A DNA stretch of 64,000 nucleotides from Clostridia bacterium (GCA_036654235.1 JAVVSK010000009.1:19539-83538); one strand, 5' to 3'; numbered from the stretch's first letter, positions 1 through 9,452 are shown. Numbers and translations: made by a program. Notes: generated by a model not told the origin, from the sequence alone.

Positions 1-1165
1 TCGAATCCTTTTCGTCGTGTCCATAGGGATATGTCGCGCCCGCGCCGGTCATAACGACGCCGAGTTCTTTGCAAAGGGAATGCGTCCGCTTTGCCGTTCC
101 CTCCATGCAGTATAAACTTACGAAATATCCGCCCTTAGGTCTATGCCATGAGGCAAAGTCATAGGGCGCTATCTCGCGCTCTAAAAAGTCAATAACTATA
201 TCGAACTTCGGGCGCATTATAGCAGCATGTTTTTTCATATGCGCTATTGTATGTTCTTTATCGACTAAAAACAGAGCATGTCTAAGTTGATTTATCTTAT
301 CATAGCTTATTGTTTCGACATTCCAAAGCTTTTTCATGTACGTCATATTTTCTTTAGAGCAGGCAAAGCAGGATATTCCGCTTCCGGGGAAAGTTATCTT
401 GCTTGTCGAAGCAAATTCAAAAGGCATGTTAGGGTTTCCCGCTTTTGCGCATTCGGAAAGAATATCTAAAAATGGCTCAAATTCGCCGTCGAACTCATGT
501 ACGCAATATGCGTTGTCCCACATTAAAAGGAAATCAGGGGCGGCGGGTTTTAACGAAGAGATCCTCTTAACTGTTTCGTCGGAATATGTTATACCGTCCG
601 GATTCGAGTATTTCGGAACGCACCACATGCCTTTAACAGTTGGGTCTTTCACCATTTCCTCGACTAAATCCATATCGGGACCGGAACTTGTCATAGGTAT
701 TGTTATCATATCCATAGAGAAAGAATCCGATATCGCGAAATGCCTATCGTATCCCGGTGCGGGGCAAAGGAAGCGAACGCGCTCCAGCTTTGCCCAAGGC
801 TTTTCCGAATTTAAAAGCCCATGAGTATACGCTTTCGCTATAATGTCATACATAAGGTTTAAGCTGGCGCTTCCGCCGACAAATATATTTTCGGGTAATA
901 CTTCGAGAAGATCAGCAAAGAGTTTTTTTGCCGGAGAAATTCCGTCAAGAATTCCATAGTTTCTTATATCCGCCTCACCGACTTTAAGGGATTGCCCGGA
1001 TAGTACGTCGAGAAGAGGCATAGATAGATCGAGTTGTGCAGATGAAGGTTTTCCGCGCGACATATCGAGCTTTAATCCCCTTTTCTTTAGCTCGTTAAAC
1101 TTTTCTTCAAGGGAAACTTTAAAAGCATTAAGCTCTGTCCTGTTCATATCCGCAAGTTTTTTCAT
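1..1165 (-). CDS. PLP-dependent aminotransferase (class I/II fold), C-terminus cut by window edge
   Basis: Absent from the ORF track because it runs off the window. Hand translation of the minus strand from the ATG at 1165-1163 (RBS GGAGGA just upstream) gives an unbroken frame of about 388 codons: MKKLADMNRTELNAFKVSLEEKFNELKKRGLKLDMSRGKPSSAQLDL...MWDNAYCVHEF...FASTSKITFPGSGI (SxSK PLP-lysine-like motif). The + strand ORFs at 278-824 are antisense to it. Confidence 0.8.
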   Translation of the reverse strand, partial: MKKLADMNRTELNAFKVSLEEKFNELKKRGLKLDMSRGKPSSAQLDLSMPLLDVLSGQSLKVGEADIRNYGILDGISPAKKLFADLLEVLPENIFVGGSASLNLMYDIIAKAYTHGLLNSEKPWAKLERVRFLCPAPGYDRHFAISDSFSMDMITIPMTSSGPDMDLVEEMVKDPTVKGMWCVPKYSNPDGITYSDETVKRISSLKPAAPDFLLMWDNAYCVHEFDGEFEPFLDILSECAKAGNPNMPFEFASTSKITFPGSGISCFACSKENMTYMKKLWNVETISYDKINQLRHALFLVDKEHTIAHMKKHAAIMRPKFDIVIDFLEREIAPYDFASWHRPKGGYFVSLYCMEGTAKRTHSLCKELGVVMTGAGATYPYGHDEKDS

Positions 1166-1318
1166 GATTTCCTCCGTTTGTAATATTATAATTCCATTTT
1201 GCAGTCATAGAGCCAATAAGTCAATACCCCAGGAAACTATATTTTTCGCAGAAGGGTAAGTAGACAAAGAGTTGATTTAGGCTTACAATCTAAAAACAAC
1301 TTATTTGGAGATATTTAA

Positions 1319-2050
1319 ATGGATAACTTAAAGCTTGAAACTTTGAAAAAAATGATAGAAAGCGCAAAGCGCATCGCGTTCTTGGGCGGTGCGGGCGTTT
1401 CAACAGAAAGCGGAATACCGGATTTTCGAAGCGAAAACGGAATATTCGACGCTATAAAGCGCTTTGGTTACCCGCCCGAGGTTTTATTGTCGCATAGTTT
1501 TTTTCTAAGCCATACGGAAGATTTTTATGAATACTATAAAAGTGCGCTTCTAGTTACCGACGCAATTCCGAATGCCGCGCATATTGCTCTTTCTAAACTA
1601 GAAAAAACAGGAAAATTAACGGCAGTTATAACGCAAAATATTGATGGGCTTCATCAAAAAGCGGGCAGTGAATGCGTTTTTGAGCTGCACGGTTCGATTT
1701 ACAGAAATTATTGCATGAAATGCAAAAGAGCGTATGATGCTGAATATATAAAATTGAGCGTAGGCGTTCCAAAGTGCGTCTGTGGCGGAACGATAAAACC
1801 CAACGTCGTACTCTACGAGGAACCCTTGGAAAGCAAGACGATAGAGGGTGCTGTCAAAAATATAATGCGCGCAGATATGCTTATAGTAGGAGGAACATCT
1901 CTTTCGGTCTATCCCGCCGCCGGGCTTATAGAATATTATAGAGGAGATAAGCTCGCCCTTATAAATAAATCAAAAACGCCGTATGACAATAGGGCGAACG
2001 TTATTATAAACGAAGCGATAGGCGAAGTTTTAAAGATGGTAATAGCGTAA
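1319..2050 (+). CDS. cobB: NAD-dependent protein deacylase, Sir2 family
   Basis: GAGVSTESGIPDFRS NAD-binding motif, ITQNIDGLH motif, and a Zn Cys cluster CMKC...CVCGG. 243 aa. Confidence 0.9.
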   Translation: MDNLKLETLKKMIESAKRIAFLGGAGVSTESGIPDFRSENGIFDAIKRFGYPPEVLLSHSFFLSHTEDFYEYYKSALLVTDAIPNAAHIALSKLEKTGKLTAVITQNIDGLHQKAGSECVFELHGSIYRNYCMKCKRAYDAEYIKLSVGVPKCVCGGTIKPNVVLYEEPLESKTIEGAVKNIMRADMLIVGGTSLSVYPAAGLIEYYRGDKLALINKSKTPYDNRANVIINEAIGEVLKMVIA

Positions 2051-2270
2051 ATTCGCTTAAACTTCTATATAGTACGATAACTTTAAACCATCTTTTCTTC
2101 GCCATCTCGCTCTTATCCGGGAAAGCCCGAAATATTATTTACGTTCGCAATGCATTTTAAACTTATAAGATATGCCTTTGCGATAAATTTTAAGCACAAT
2201 AAACCGATCGGCATGAGAAACGTTTTCACGAAGTAGCCGATATTTACTCTTATTTTATGAGGCGTTCCTA

Positions 2271-2579
2271 TTATTTGAGCATTTTAAGTATATTCGCCTT
2301 AGAGTCCGCTCCAACCTTTTTATCGACGGCAATACCGTTTTTAAATACCATTAAGGTAGGTATGCTCATAACGCCATATTTTTGCGCAAGCTCAGCCTGC
2401 TCATCAATATTGATCTTTCCTACGCTGTAGCTTCCGTTCGACTCGTTACTTATTTCGTCAATAATAGGTCCAACCATACGGCAGGGACCGCACCAGCCGG
2501 CCCAAAAATCTACGAGTACCGGTATTTTCGAGTCTATAACCTCGCTTTTAAAGTTTTCGCTTGTAAGAGTTGTTGCCAT
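2271..2579 (-). CDS. trxA: thioredoxin
   Basis: 102 aa with the WCGPC active site and a typical thioredoxin length. Confidence 0.92.
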   Translation of the reverse strand: MATTLTSENFKSEVIDSKIPVLVDFWAGWCGPCRMVGPIIDEISNESNGSYSVGKINIDEQAELAQKYGVMSIPTLMVFKNGIAVDKKVGADSKANILKMLK

Positions 2580-2617
2580 AAATTAAGTTCTCCTTTTCGG
2601 TATCCTGTATATTTTCC

Positions 2618-4111
2618 TCACTGTTTTGGCTTCATGGTCGGGAACAGGAGGACATCTCTTATTGTTGCCGAATTCGTCAATAACATGATTAGGCGATCTA
2701 TTCCAATTCCTATGCCACCCGTAGGAGGCATACCGTATTCAAGAGCGAGACAAAAATCTTCGTCTATCATCATAGCTTCGTCGTTCCCATTAGCGCGTTC
2801 CGCGGCCTGCATCATGAAGCGTTCGCGCTGATCTATAGGGTCGTTCAGCTCCGAAAACGCATTCGCAAATTCGCTCCCCGCGATAAACAGCTCAAATCTC
2901 TCGGTTATTTCCTGGTTTTCTCTTTTACGCTTACTAAGGGGAGAAACTTCGATAGGATAATCTATAACGAATGTCGGTTGAACTATTTTATCTTCGACAA
3001 GCTCATCAAAAATTTCAAAAACCAGCTTACCTTTTGAAATAGCTTTGTCCTCAATTTTAAGTCCGAGATTTTTAGCGGCTTCGAGTGCTCCCGAATTGTC
3101 CAATTTGTCAAAGTCTACGCCCGTATATTTTTTAACCACGTCATTCATGCTTATGCGGGTAAAGGGCGGAGTAAGGTCTATCGTATATCCCTGATATTCG
3201 ACGGTCAGTGTACCTAAAACGGTTTTTGCAAGGTGCGCGATAAGATTTTCGGAAAGCCTCATCATTCCGTTATAATCGGTATATGCCTGATAAAGCTCCA
3301 TCATAGTGAACTCGGGGTTATGCGTTGCGTCCATGCCTTCGTTTCTAAACACCCTTCCGATTTCATAGACTCGCTCAATTCCTCCGACGATTAACTGCTT
3401 TAGCCTAAGTTCAAGCGCTATCCGGAGGTACATATCTATATCGAGAGTATTATGATGCGTTTTAAAAGGGCGCGCGTTAGCTCCGCTTGCAGCCGTATTT
3501 AATATTGGCGTTTCAACTTCTAAAAAGCCATTAGCATCTAAATACCGTCTTATTTCGCTTATTATTTTGCTGCGCTTTACAAATGTATCCCTTACCTCGG
3601 GATTTACTATGAGGTCGACAAATCTTCTCCTATACCTAATCTCCGAGTCTTTAAGACCATGAAATTTTTCGGGAAGGGGATAAAGCGATTTTGAAAGAAG
3701 AATTATATTATCGGTATGAATCGTAACCTCGCCGGTTTTCGTCCTGAAAACCTTGCCCGATAATCCAACTATGTCGCCTATATCCATAGACTTAAACGAC
3801 GCATATTTTTCTTCTCCTACGTCGTCTTTTTTTATATATGCCTGTATAATGCCATCATTATCCAATATATGAAAAAAACTCGCCTTGCCCATTATTCGCT
3901 TTAACATTATGCGTCCGGCAATGCTAACGGTAGCGTCTATAAAAGCGTCCGCATCATCTAAAATCGTTTTGCTGTCATGTGTCTTATCGAAGCTGACTTC
4001 AAAAAACGGATCATTACCCATCTCTTGAAGCGCCGCCAGCTTATCTCTTCTAATTTGAAGAAGCTCGCTTATGTCGTCCGTAGACGGTATATTGGTATCG
4101 GGATTCGTCAT
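2618..4111 (-). CDS. lysS: lysine--tRNA ligase, class II
   Basis: 497 aa with an N-terminal OB anticodon-binding region and class II motifs (FRNEG, GGIGIGIDRL). Confidence 0.93.
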   Translation of the reverse strand: MTNPDTNIPSTDDISELLQIRRDKLAALQEMGNDPFFEVSFDKTHDSKTILDDADAFIDATVSIAGRIMLKRIMGKASFFHILDNDGIIQAYIKKDDVGEEKYASFKSMDIGDIVGLSGKVFRTKTGEVTIHTDNIILLSKSLYPLPEKFHGLKDSEIRYRRRFVDLIVNPEVRDTFVKRSKIISEIRRYLDANGFLEVETPILNTAASGANARPFKTHHNTLDIDMYLRIALELRLKQLIVGGIERVYEIGRVFRNEGMDATHNPEFTMMELYQAYTDYNGMMRLSENLIAHLAKTVLGTLTVEYQGYTIDLTPPFTRISMNDVVKKYTGVDFDKLDNSGALEAAKNLGLKIEDKAISKGKLVFEIFDELVEDKIVQPTFVIDYPIEVSPLSKRKRENQEITERFELFIAGSEFANAFSELNDPIDQRERFMMQAAERANGNDEAMMIDEDFCLALEYGMPPTGGIGIGIDRLIMLLTNSATIRDVLLFPTMKPKQ

Positions 4112-4118
4112 TTTTACC

Positions 4119-4589
4119 TCACTTACTTATGTCTAAAATTTTATAAGCGACAGATCCGCCCGGAGTTTGTATATTAATTTTTTCTCCGACGCGATGTCCT
4201 AACAGACCTATAGCTATAGGGCTTTTATCGCTTATTCTATTTAAGCGGATATCACTTTCCGCCGGGCTTACTATCTGAATTATTAATTCTTTTTTATCGG
4301 CTAAATTTTTTATTTTGACCGTAGTACCGACGTTAACCGTCGTAATGTCTACGCTATCCTCGTCTATAAGAACCGCGTCTCTTAGCATTGTTTCTATTTC
4401 TTCGATTTCGTAGTCAACGCGCGCCTGTTCCGCTTTCGCCGCGTCGTATTCGGCGTTTTCGCTTAAGTCGCCGAACGCTCTGGCAACCTTTATTTCTTCG
4501 GATATCTCTGCCATGCGGACAGTCTTTAGGTATTCAAGTCTATCTTCATATTTTGCTATACCTTCTGCCGTAAGATGAACTTCTGCCAT
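4119..4589 (-). CDS. greA: transcription elongation factor GreA
   Basis: Coiled-coil N-terminus with the acidic tip (GDLSENAEYDAAK) and a C-terminal FKBP-like domain. The start was moved to the MAEVHLT ATG, which lies behind the GGAGGA RBS. Confidence 0.9.
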   Translation of the reverse strand: MAEVHLTAEGIAKYEDRLEYLKTVRMAEISEEIKVARAFGDLSENAEYDAAKAEQARVDYEIEEIETMLRDAVLIDEDSVDITTVNVGTTVKIKNLADKKELIIQIVSPAESDIRLNRISDKSPIAIGLLGHRVGEKINIQTPGGSVAYKILDISK

Positions 4590-4636
4590 AATAAACATTC
4601 CTCCGATTTTTTTCAATCAATTTACCTATTGTATTT

Positions 4637-5626
4637 TTATGCTAATCCTTTGTCAAGCATATCCGCGTACCAATCTAAAAACTCTGTAATTTCGAGACTT
4701 CCTCCGGCACTGTTGATTTTTTCGCGCAGTACTGCCGCATTGCGCATTCCCTTTGTATACCAAGCTATATGTTTTCGAAGTTCAATAAAAGCACCTTCAC
4801 CCTTCTTTTTAACGTGAAGGCGAATATGCTTCTTTGCCTCTTCGAGAATTTCCTTATCGCTTATTTTATGAAAAGGAATTCCCAATATCGCCGCTTTAAC
4901 CTCGTCGAATATAAACGGGTTTCCCTTAGCCCCCCGCGCTATCATTATCCCGTCAACGCCCGTTTGAGCTATCATATTTAAAGCATCATTGCCCGAAAAG
5001 ATATCTCCGTTTCCTATAACCGGAATTTTAACGCGCGCTTTAACTTTAGCTAGTATGTCCCAATCGGCGTTTCCGGAATACATTTGTTCTCGCGTTCTCG
5101 GGTGTACGGTTATCGCGCCGACCCCGCTCTCCTCTAAAACATGTGCAAATTCGACGGCGTTTACATGTGAATCGTCAAAGCCCTTTCTAAATTTTACCGT
5201 TATAGGGAGACGGGAGGACTTTACGGAAAGTTCAACGATTTTTGCAGCGAGAAGCGGATTTTTCATAAGCGCCGAACCCTCACCGTTATTGACTATTTTT
5301 TTTACAGGACAGCCCATATTTAGGTCTATCAGCGCAAATTTATCGAAACATTCCTCGGAGAGCCTTTTAGCGGCTTCGGCAATTATTTCGGGGTCGCTCC
5401 CGAAAAGCTGAACGCCGCATGGTTCTTCGAATGACGAGGTTAAAAGCAGGGAACAGGTTTTTTTATTTAAAAAATGTAGTCCCTTAGCGCTTATCATCTC
5501 GGTATATGTAAAATCGCACCCATGTGCGCAGCATATCTCCCGGAACGGAAGGTCAGTAACCTCAGCCATAGGAGCCAGCATTACAGGGAATTCCGTTTTG
5601 CGCCTTAAAATATCTTTTAACAGCAT
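4637..5626 (-). CDS. dusB: tRNA-dihydrouridine synthase
   Basis: Dus family TIM-barrel motifs (LAPMAEVTDLPFR, DLNMGCP, ITVHPRT). The start at MLLKDIL avoids overlap with the upstream gene but remains uncertain. Confidence 0.85.
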   Translation of the reverse strand: MLLKDILRRKTEFPVMLAPMAEVTDLPFREICCAHGCDFTYTEMISAKGLHFLNKKTCSLLLTSSFEEPCGVQLFGSDPEIIAEAAKRLSEECFDKFALIDLNMGCPVKKIVNNGEGSALMKNPLLAAKIVELSVKSSRLPITVKFRKGFDDSHVNAVEFAHVLEESGVGAITVHPRTREQMYSGNADWDILAKVKARVKIPVIGNGDIFSGNDALNMIAQTGVDGIMIARGAKGNPFIFDEVKAAILGIPFHKISDKEILEEAKKHIRLHVKKKGEGAFIELRKHIAWYTKGMRNAAVLREKINSAGGSLEITEFLDWYADMLDKGLA

Positions 5627-5627
5627 C

Positions 5628-6284
5628 TCAGCTTTTTGTTGGGCTTGGTGCCGGAGAAACCGCGCCGGTAGCCTGAGGTAGGGTCGGTGGAACAAAGGTC
5701 GGTTTTTGAGTATACGATGGTTTTGGCATAATCGTAGAGGAAGGTAGAAGATCCATATTCGGGGTAGGATTTTGATTTTCCGCGGGGTTAGCCTCTAAGA
5801 GATCGATTTTATCTATTATCCATCTCGAATCCTTATTAATAAATGTAAGACGATATCGCCCAGCCTCCCAAAGGGGAACGGCGGCGGTTGGCGAACCTAA
5901 ATTTGCGGTTCCGACGATAGAGGGAATCCGTTCGATAACTTCCATAGTTGCCGTTGTATACCAGGGCATAACGTCTATACCGACGATACTAAGGCGATAG
6001 TCGTAAGACGAAATAGTGTATAACTGATAGATATTATTCGACAGCAGCGCATCGTTATCTATACAGTCCTGAGTGAAATATGCATAAAGCTCGTTCGGGT
6101 CGCCATTTCCGAGTATGCAAGAAATTCGGTAAGTGAAACCCTCGTTTGCTAAAATATAGAGGTTTGCGATATTCATCGCCATGGCGAAAATACCATAAGC
6201 CAGTAATATAACAACTAATATGATGACAACCGCACGCAATATATACCAAATGCCCCTTCGAGGCATAGTGTACTTATTTTTCAA
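5628..6284 (-). CDS. hypothetical membrane-anchored protein with a Pro/Thr-rich C-terminal tail
   Basis: One N-terminal TM helix (ILRAVVIILVVILLAYGIFAMA), a globular middle and a PT-rich tail. I do not recognise the family. Confidence 0.5.
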   Translation of the reverse strand: MKNKYTMPRRGIWYILRAVVIILVVILLAYGIFAMAMNIANLYILANEGFTYRISCILGNGDPNELYAYFTQDCIDNDALLSNNIYQLYTISSYDYRLSIVGIDVMPWYTTATMEVIERIPSIVGTANLGSPTAAVPLWEAGRYRLTFINKDSRWIIDKIDLLEANPAENQNPTPNMDLLPSSTIMPKPSYTQKPTFVPPTLPQATGAVSPAPSPTKS

Positions 6285-6626
6285 GGTATATCTCCTTCAA
6301 CAATTTGTCAATATAATAGCACAAGTCAAACGGTTTTTGCAAATATTAGATATCTAGCTATGCTAGAAAAAACGTCTATACTGAAGAAACTTTGAAAAAT
6401 ACATATGGGATAAATCAATAAAAACGGTTTTTTTATTATACAAACGAAAATAATCAGGTTTTAATTTGCTTTGTGAAAATATATATGTTTGATGAAAATC
6501 GTGCCGTTATCGCACTTTGCGTGTTTTTTGAGGCATAAAGGCTACTTTATGGCGGTTTTTCCTTTAAATAGAGCTTAAAAATCAATTTTGAAGGAAAAAT
6601 TTCACTTAAAAAAATAAAAAAAACAA

Positions 6627-6655
6627 TTGACATAGCATCAAAAGTCTGTTAGAAT
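6627..6655 (+). promoter_or_regulatory. sigma-A type promoter of the tRNA array
   Basis: TTGACA-17 nt-TAGAAT, preceded by an A-rich UP-like tract (AAAAAAATAAAAAAAAC). Confidence 0.6.
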
Positions 6656-6720
6656 TGTAACCCGTTGGTGATGCGTTTGCGCTTTTCCGATGTTTTCTTT
6701 AGAGACGGTTCACACGGCGT

Positions 6721-6797
6721 GCGCCTGTAGCTCAGTTGGATAGAGCAACGGCCTTCTAAGCCGTAGGTCCTGGGTTCGAATCCCTGCAGGCGCGCCA
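6721..6797 (+). tRNA. tRNA-Arg(UCU)
   Basis: Acceptor GCGCCTG/CAGGCGC, anticodon loop CTTCTAA, GTTCGAATC T-loop, encoded CCA. Confidence 0.9.
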
Positions 6798-6804
6798 AGA
6801 ACGT

Positions 6805-6882
6805 GGTGGGTGTAGTCCAGTTGGTTAAGACGCCAGATTGTGGCTCTGGAGATCGTGGGTTCGAGCCCCACCACTCACCCCA
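6805..6882 (+). tRNA. tRNA-His(GUG)
   Basis: Extra G at position -1, anticodon loop TTGTGGC, GGTTCGAGCC T-arm, encoded CCA. Confidence 0.9.
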
Positions 6883-6922
6883 ATTTCGTAACGTTTTTTA
6901 TATTCGTTCCGAGTTTGTTTGT

Positions 6923-6997
6923 TGGGGTGTAGCCAAGCGGCAAGGCACGGGACTTTGACTCCCGCATTCGTAGGTTCAAATCCTGCCACCCCAGCCA
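6923..6997 (+). tRNA. tRNA-Gln(UUG)
   Basis: Acceptor TGGGGTG/CACCCCA, anticodon loop CTTTGAC, encoded CCA. Confidence 0.9.
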
Positions 6998-7003
6998 TTT
7001 TAT

Positions 7004-7079
7004 GACCCGTTAGCTCAGTTGGTAGAGCACTTGACTTTTAATCAAGGTGTCCGGAGTTCGAATCTCCGACGGGTCACCA
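7004..7079 (+). tRNA. tRNA-Lys(UUU)
   Basis: Acceptor GACCCGT/ACGGGTC, anticodon loop CTTTTAA, encoded CCA. Confidence 0.9.
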
Positions 7080-7092
7080 TTTTTTTGAAAAT

Positions 7093-7178
7093 GCGGACGT
7101 GGCGTAATTGGCAGACGCGCTGGATTTAGGTTCCAGTGCCGAATAGGCGTATGAGTTCAAGTCTCTTCGTCCGCACCA
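7093..7178 (+). tRNA. tRNA-Leu(UAG)
   Basis: Long variable arm, acceptor GCGGACG/CGTCCGC, anticodon loop TTTAGGT, encoded CCA. Confidence 0.9.
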
Positions 7179-7231
7179 GCTTTTTTTACTGGGTGTAAAA
7201 CTGTTTGATTTTGTTCAAGCGCCGGGATTTT

Positions 7232-7307
7232 GGGTTGTTAGCTCAGCTGGTAGAGCACCTGACTCTTAATCAGGGTGTCCAGGGTTCGAGCCCCTGACGA
7301 CCCACCA
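7232..7307 (+). tRNA. tRNA-Lys(CUU), copy 1
   Basis: Acceptor GGGTTGT/ACGACCC, anticodon loop CTCTTAA, encoded CCA. Confidence 0.9.
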
Positions 7308-7338
7308 TTTATTACAGTTTATTGTTTTTTAATATTGC

Positions 7339-7414
7339 GCGGGAGTAGCTCATTTGGTAGAGCGCCGCCTTGCCAAGGCGGAGGTAGCGGGTTCGAGCCC
7401 CGTCTTCCGCTCCA
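7339..7414 (+). tRNA. tRNA-Gly(GCC)
   Basis: Acceptor GCGGGAG/CTTCCGC, anticodon loop TTGCCAA, encoded CCA. Confidence 0.9.
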
Positions 7415-7421
7415 AAATAGT

Positions 7422-7495
7422 GCGGGTGTAGTGTAATGGTAACACATTAGCCTTCCAAGCTGAGATAGTGGGTTCGAGTCCCATCATCCGCTCCA
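7422..7495 (+). tRNA. tRNA-Gly(UCC)
   Basis: Acceptor GCGGGTG/CATCCGC, anticodon loop CTTCCAA, encoded CCA. Confidence 0.9.
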
Positions 7496-7501
7496 CTTTT
7501 T

Positions 7502-7577
7502 GGGTTGTTAGCTCAGCTGGTAGAGCACCTGACTCTTAATCAGGGTGTCCAGGGTTCGAGCCCCTGACGACCCACCA
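7502..7577 (+). tRNA. tRNA-Lys(CUU), copy 2
   Basis: The 76 nt are identical to 7232-7307. Confidence 0.9.
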
Positions 7578-7591
7578 AACCCTATAAACCC

Positions 7592-7624
7592 AAAAGTTCT
7601 CTTTTTTAAAGGGAACTTTTGTTA
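7592..7624 (+). terminator. putative terminator of the tRNA array
   Basis: Hairpin AAAAGTTCTC...GGGAACTTTT followed by GTTAT. A second nested hairpin, GGCGGAA..CCGAA..TTCGG..TTCCGCC followed by GATTTTT, lies at about 7673-7716. Confidence 0.45.
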
Positions 7625-7874
7625 TATGCGAAGATTCTTTAATTTTCAAAAAAATCTATACGAATCGGTTCGTCGGCGGAAAGACCGAAAATCATTCGGC
7701 TATTCCGCCGATTTTTAAAGCCGGGATCGTTGTTGCGTATGTTATTATTATTCTGTTTGTGCTACGATATACTATTATAAATAACGCGCTGAGATGCAAG
7801 ATGAAATTCGCGCTAAAAAGCTTTGGATAGAGGCTACGAAAGGTATTCTTTGACTTTATTTTGAGGATAGATAA

Positions 7875-8480
7875 TTTACGAACTATCATATTGCAAATTG
7901 CGATGATGAGGCGATCGAATTAAAATATTTATCTTCGTTCGTAGGCGAATGGACGAAGCAAAACGATAATATAGTCATCATATCAATCTTTAAAAGCGCT
8001 GAAACCTTCATTTTCGATTATGCGGACAATAAGGATTACAATATTCTTTTACTCGACATTGAGATGCCCGGTATTAATGGCGTTGAGCTGGCGAAAAGAG
8101 CGCGCCTTGATAATGCAACGGTTCAGATTATTTTTATAACGGGCTTTCCGAATTTTTTAGCGGAAGGCTATGAGGTTTCGGCGCTGTATTTTCTAATGAA
8201 ATCCGTAGGCTATGAAAAGTTTTTAGAAGTTCTAACCCGTGCATCGATAAATTTAAGTAAAGCCGAAAGGGTTATAATATTTAATATCGACGGTTAATTG
8301 ATTCGTATTTTAGCCGGTAAAATAACGTTCGTCTAGGCGTTCGCAAATTCGGTTATGTTAATTACAACCGACAATTTTTAGGGATACAAGCGCGATGAAT
8401 ATTATACGCTTTTATCGGTCGTCTTTCAGGACATTTATATTATGCTGATTTCTGTCGCAAAAAATATACCCCTTTTGCGA
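7875..8480 (+). pseudogene. decayed LytTR-family response regulator
   Basis: One frame reads FTNYHIANCDDEAIELKYL...ILLLDIEMPGINGVELAKR...FITGF (receiver domain). There is no start codon and a TAA sits immediately upstream. The frame continues into a LytTR-like segment (IRILAGKITFV*AFANSVMLITTDNF*GYK) that carries in-frame stops at about 8296, 8332 and 8379. The end of the domain is missing. Confidence 0.75.
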
Positions 8481-8491
8481 GCAAAGTAAAA

Positions 8492-8990
8492 TTGATGAAG
8501 CTAAGATTTCTAAAGTTAAAGCTTTCAGGACTATACGAAAAAGTAGAAAATTTACCTAAAAAAGAAAACAATCTGCTTTTAAAAAGCATATATGAGGAAG
8601 CTACTGATCTTTCGGAAGGCGAAAAACAAAGGCATGCACTATATCAAATTATACCCGACGAACCAACCGCCGATCTCGAGCCGATAGCTGAATACGATAT
8701 ATAGCAAGTTTAACGGTATGACCGGAAATAAAACGGCGATTTATATAAGTCACCGTCTATACTCCTGTCGCTTTTTGCGATGATATAGCGGTATTAGGTA
8801 AAGGCAGAATTGTCCAACGCGGTAATCACGATAAATTTGTCGTAAATGAAGCCGGAAAACACTATGAACTATGGAATGTTCAAGAGCAGTATTACGTCGA
8901 AAAGGAATATAGAAAATACCGCGTTGTTTATCTGCCATTTCATACACTGTTTTTAAGCGCAAATAAAAATCCGGGCAGTTTAAAAAGATA
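8492..8990 (+). pseudogene. remnant of an ABC exporter ATPase domain (C-terminal part)
   Basis: Degenerate signature and Walker B (DLSEGEKQRHALYQII-PDEPTADLE). After frame changes it reads KTAIYISHRLYSCRF / CDDIAVLGKGRIVQRGNHDKFVVNEAGKHYELWNVQEQYY. There are at least two frameshifts, and the Walker A and TMD are absent. Confidence 0.7.
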
Positions 8991-9053
8991 AATGTATCAA
9001 ACTGTACGGGTATTTCGCTTACAAACGTAAATAAAAAAATCAAGCTTTATTTT

Positions 9054-9452
9054 TCAGTTACATTTATGATTATTCTTATCCATCCAATAAATCAGCTTAC
9101 CGCATTTTGGGCAGGTATTTTCAGCCGTATTTTTATCTACCCAACTTTTTACGCCATTGTCTTTCATAAATTGCAAGTCGCTGATAACCGTTTCGTGGTG
9201 ACCAATTCCGTTTTCATAATGCTGCTTACTGAAATCATTTAAACGTGCGCAGGGAAAATCAGGGCATTCATAGCAGCGGGTAACATTATGCTGTTTGGCG
9301 CATGCGCGGAATCCGGCTCCGCATACGGCGCAATGCGGAGTTAGTTTATCAGATAAACAACCGTGACAATCTTCGGGATATGCGGGGCAAATCCCGCAAA
9401 ACAGACCGCAAATAGCGGCGGTATTATTATTTGGTTTCATATTCATTTTCAC
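9054..9452 (-). CDS. Cys-rich protein, DUF3795-like
   Basis: 132 aa with the pattern CGLFCGICP...CHGC...CAVC...CYECPDFPC...CPKCG. The family assignment is from memory of the DUF3795 pattern. Confidence 0.55.
   Translation of the reverse strand: MKMNMKPNNNTAAICGLFCGICPAYPEDCHGCLSDKLTPHCAVCGAGFRACAKQHNVTRCYECPDFPCARLNDFSKQHYENGIGHHETVISDLQFMKDNGVKSWVDKNTAENTCPKCGKLIYWMDKNNHKCN

Noticed and set aside
278-824. Plus-strand ORFs of 63 and 162 aa listed in the track.
   Set aside because: They are antisense to a continuous, well-formed minus-strand aminotransferase frame (1-1165) that has an RBS and a PLP-lysine motif. Their sequences are low-complexity and have no recognisable features.
7232-7577. 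The direct repeat of tRNA-Lys(CUU) as att sites of an integrated element.
   Set aside because: The repeat is the complete tRNA gene rather than a 3' partial copy. The interval holds only two tRNA-Gly genes. No integrase or other mobile-element gene is nearby.
7875-8480. Three in-frame stops kept in one reading frame of the LytTR regulator could hint at stop-codon reassignment or readthrough.
   Set aside because: TAA, TAG and TGA all terminate the conserved housekeeping genes of this window at the expected positions. The same gene also lacks a start codon and the end of its domain, and the neighbouring ABC fragment has frameshifts. Ordinary pseudogenisation is the simpler explanation.
8750-9043. 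A 97-aa minus-strand ORF.
   Set aside because: It lies antisense to the recognisable plus-strand ABC-ATPase remnant, has no RBS and shows no family resemblance.
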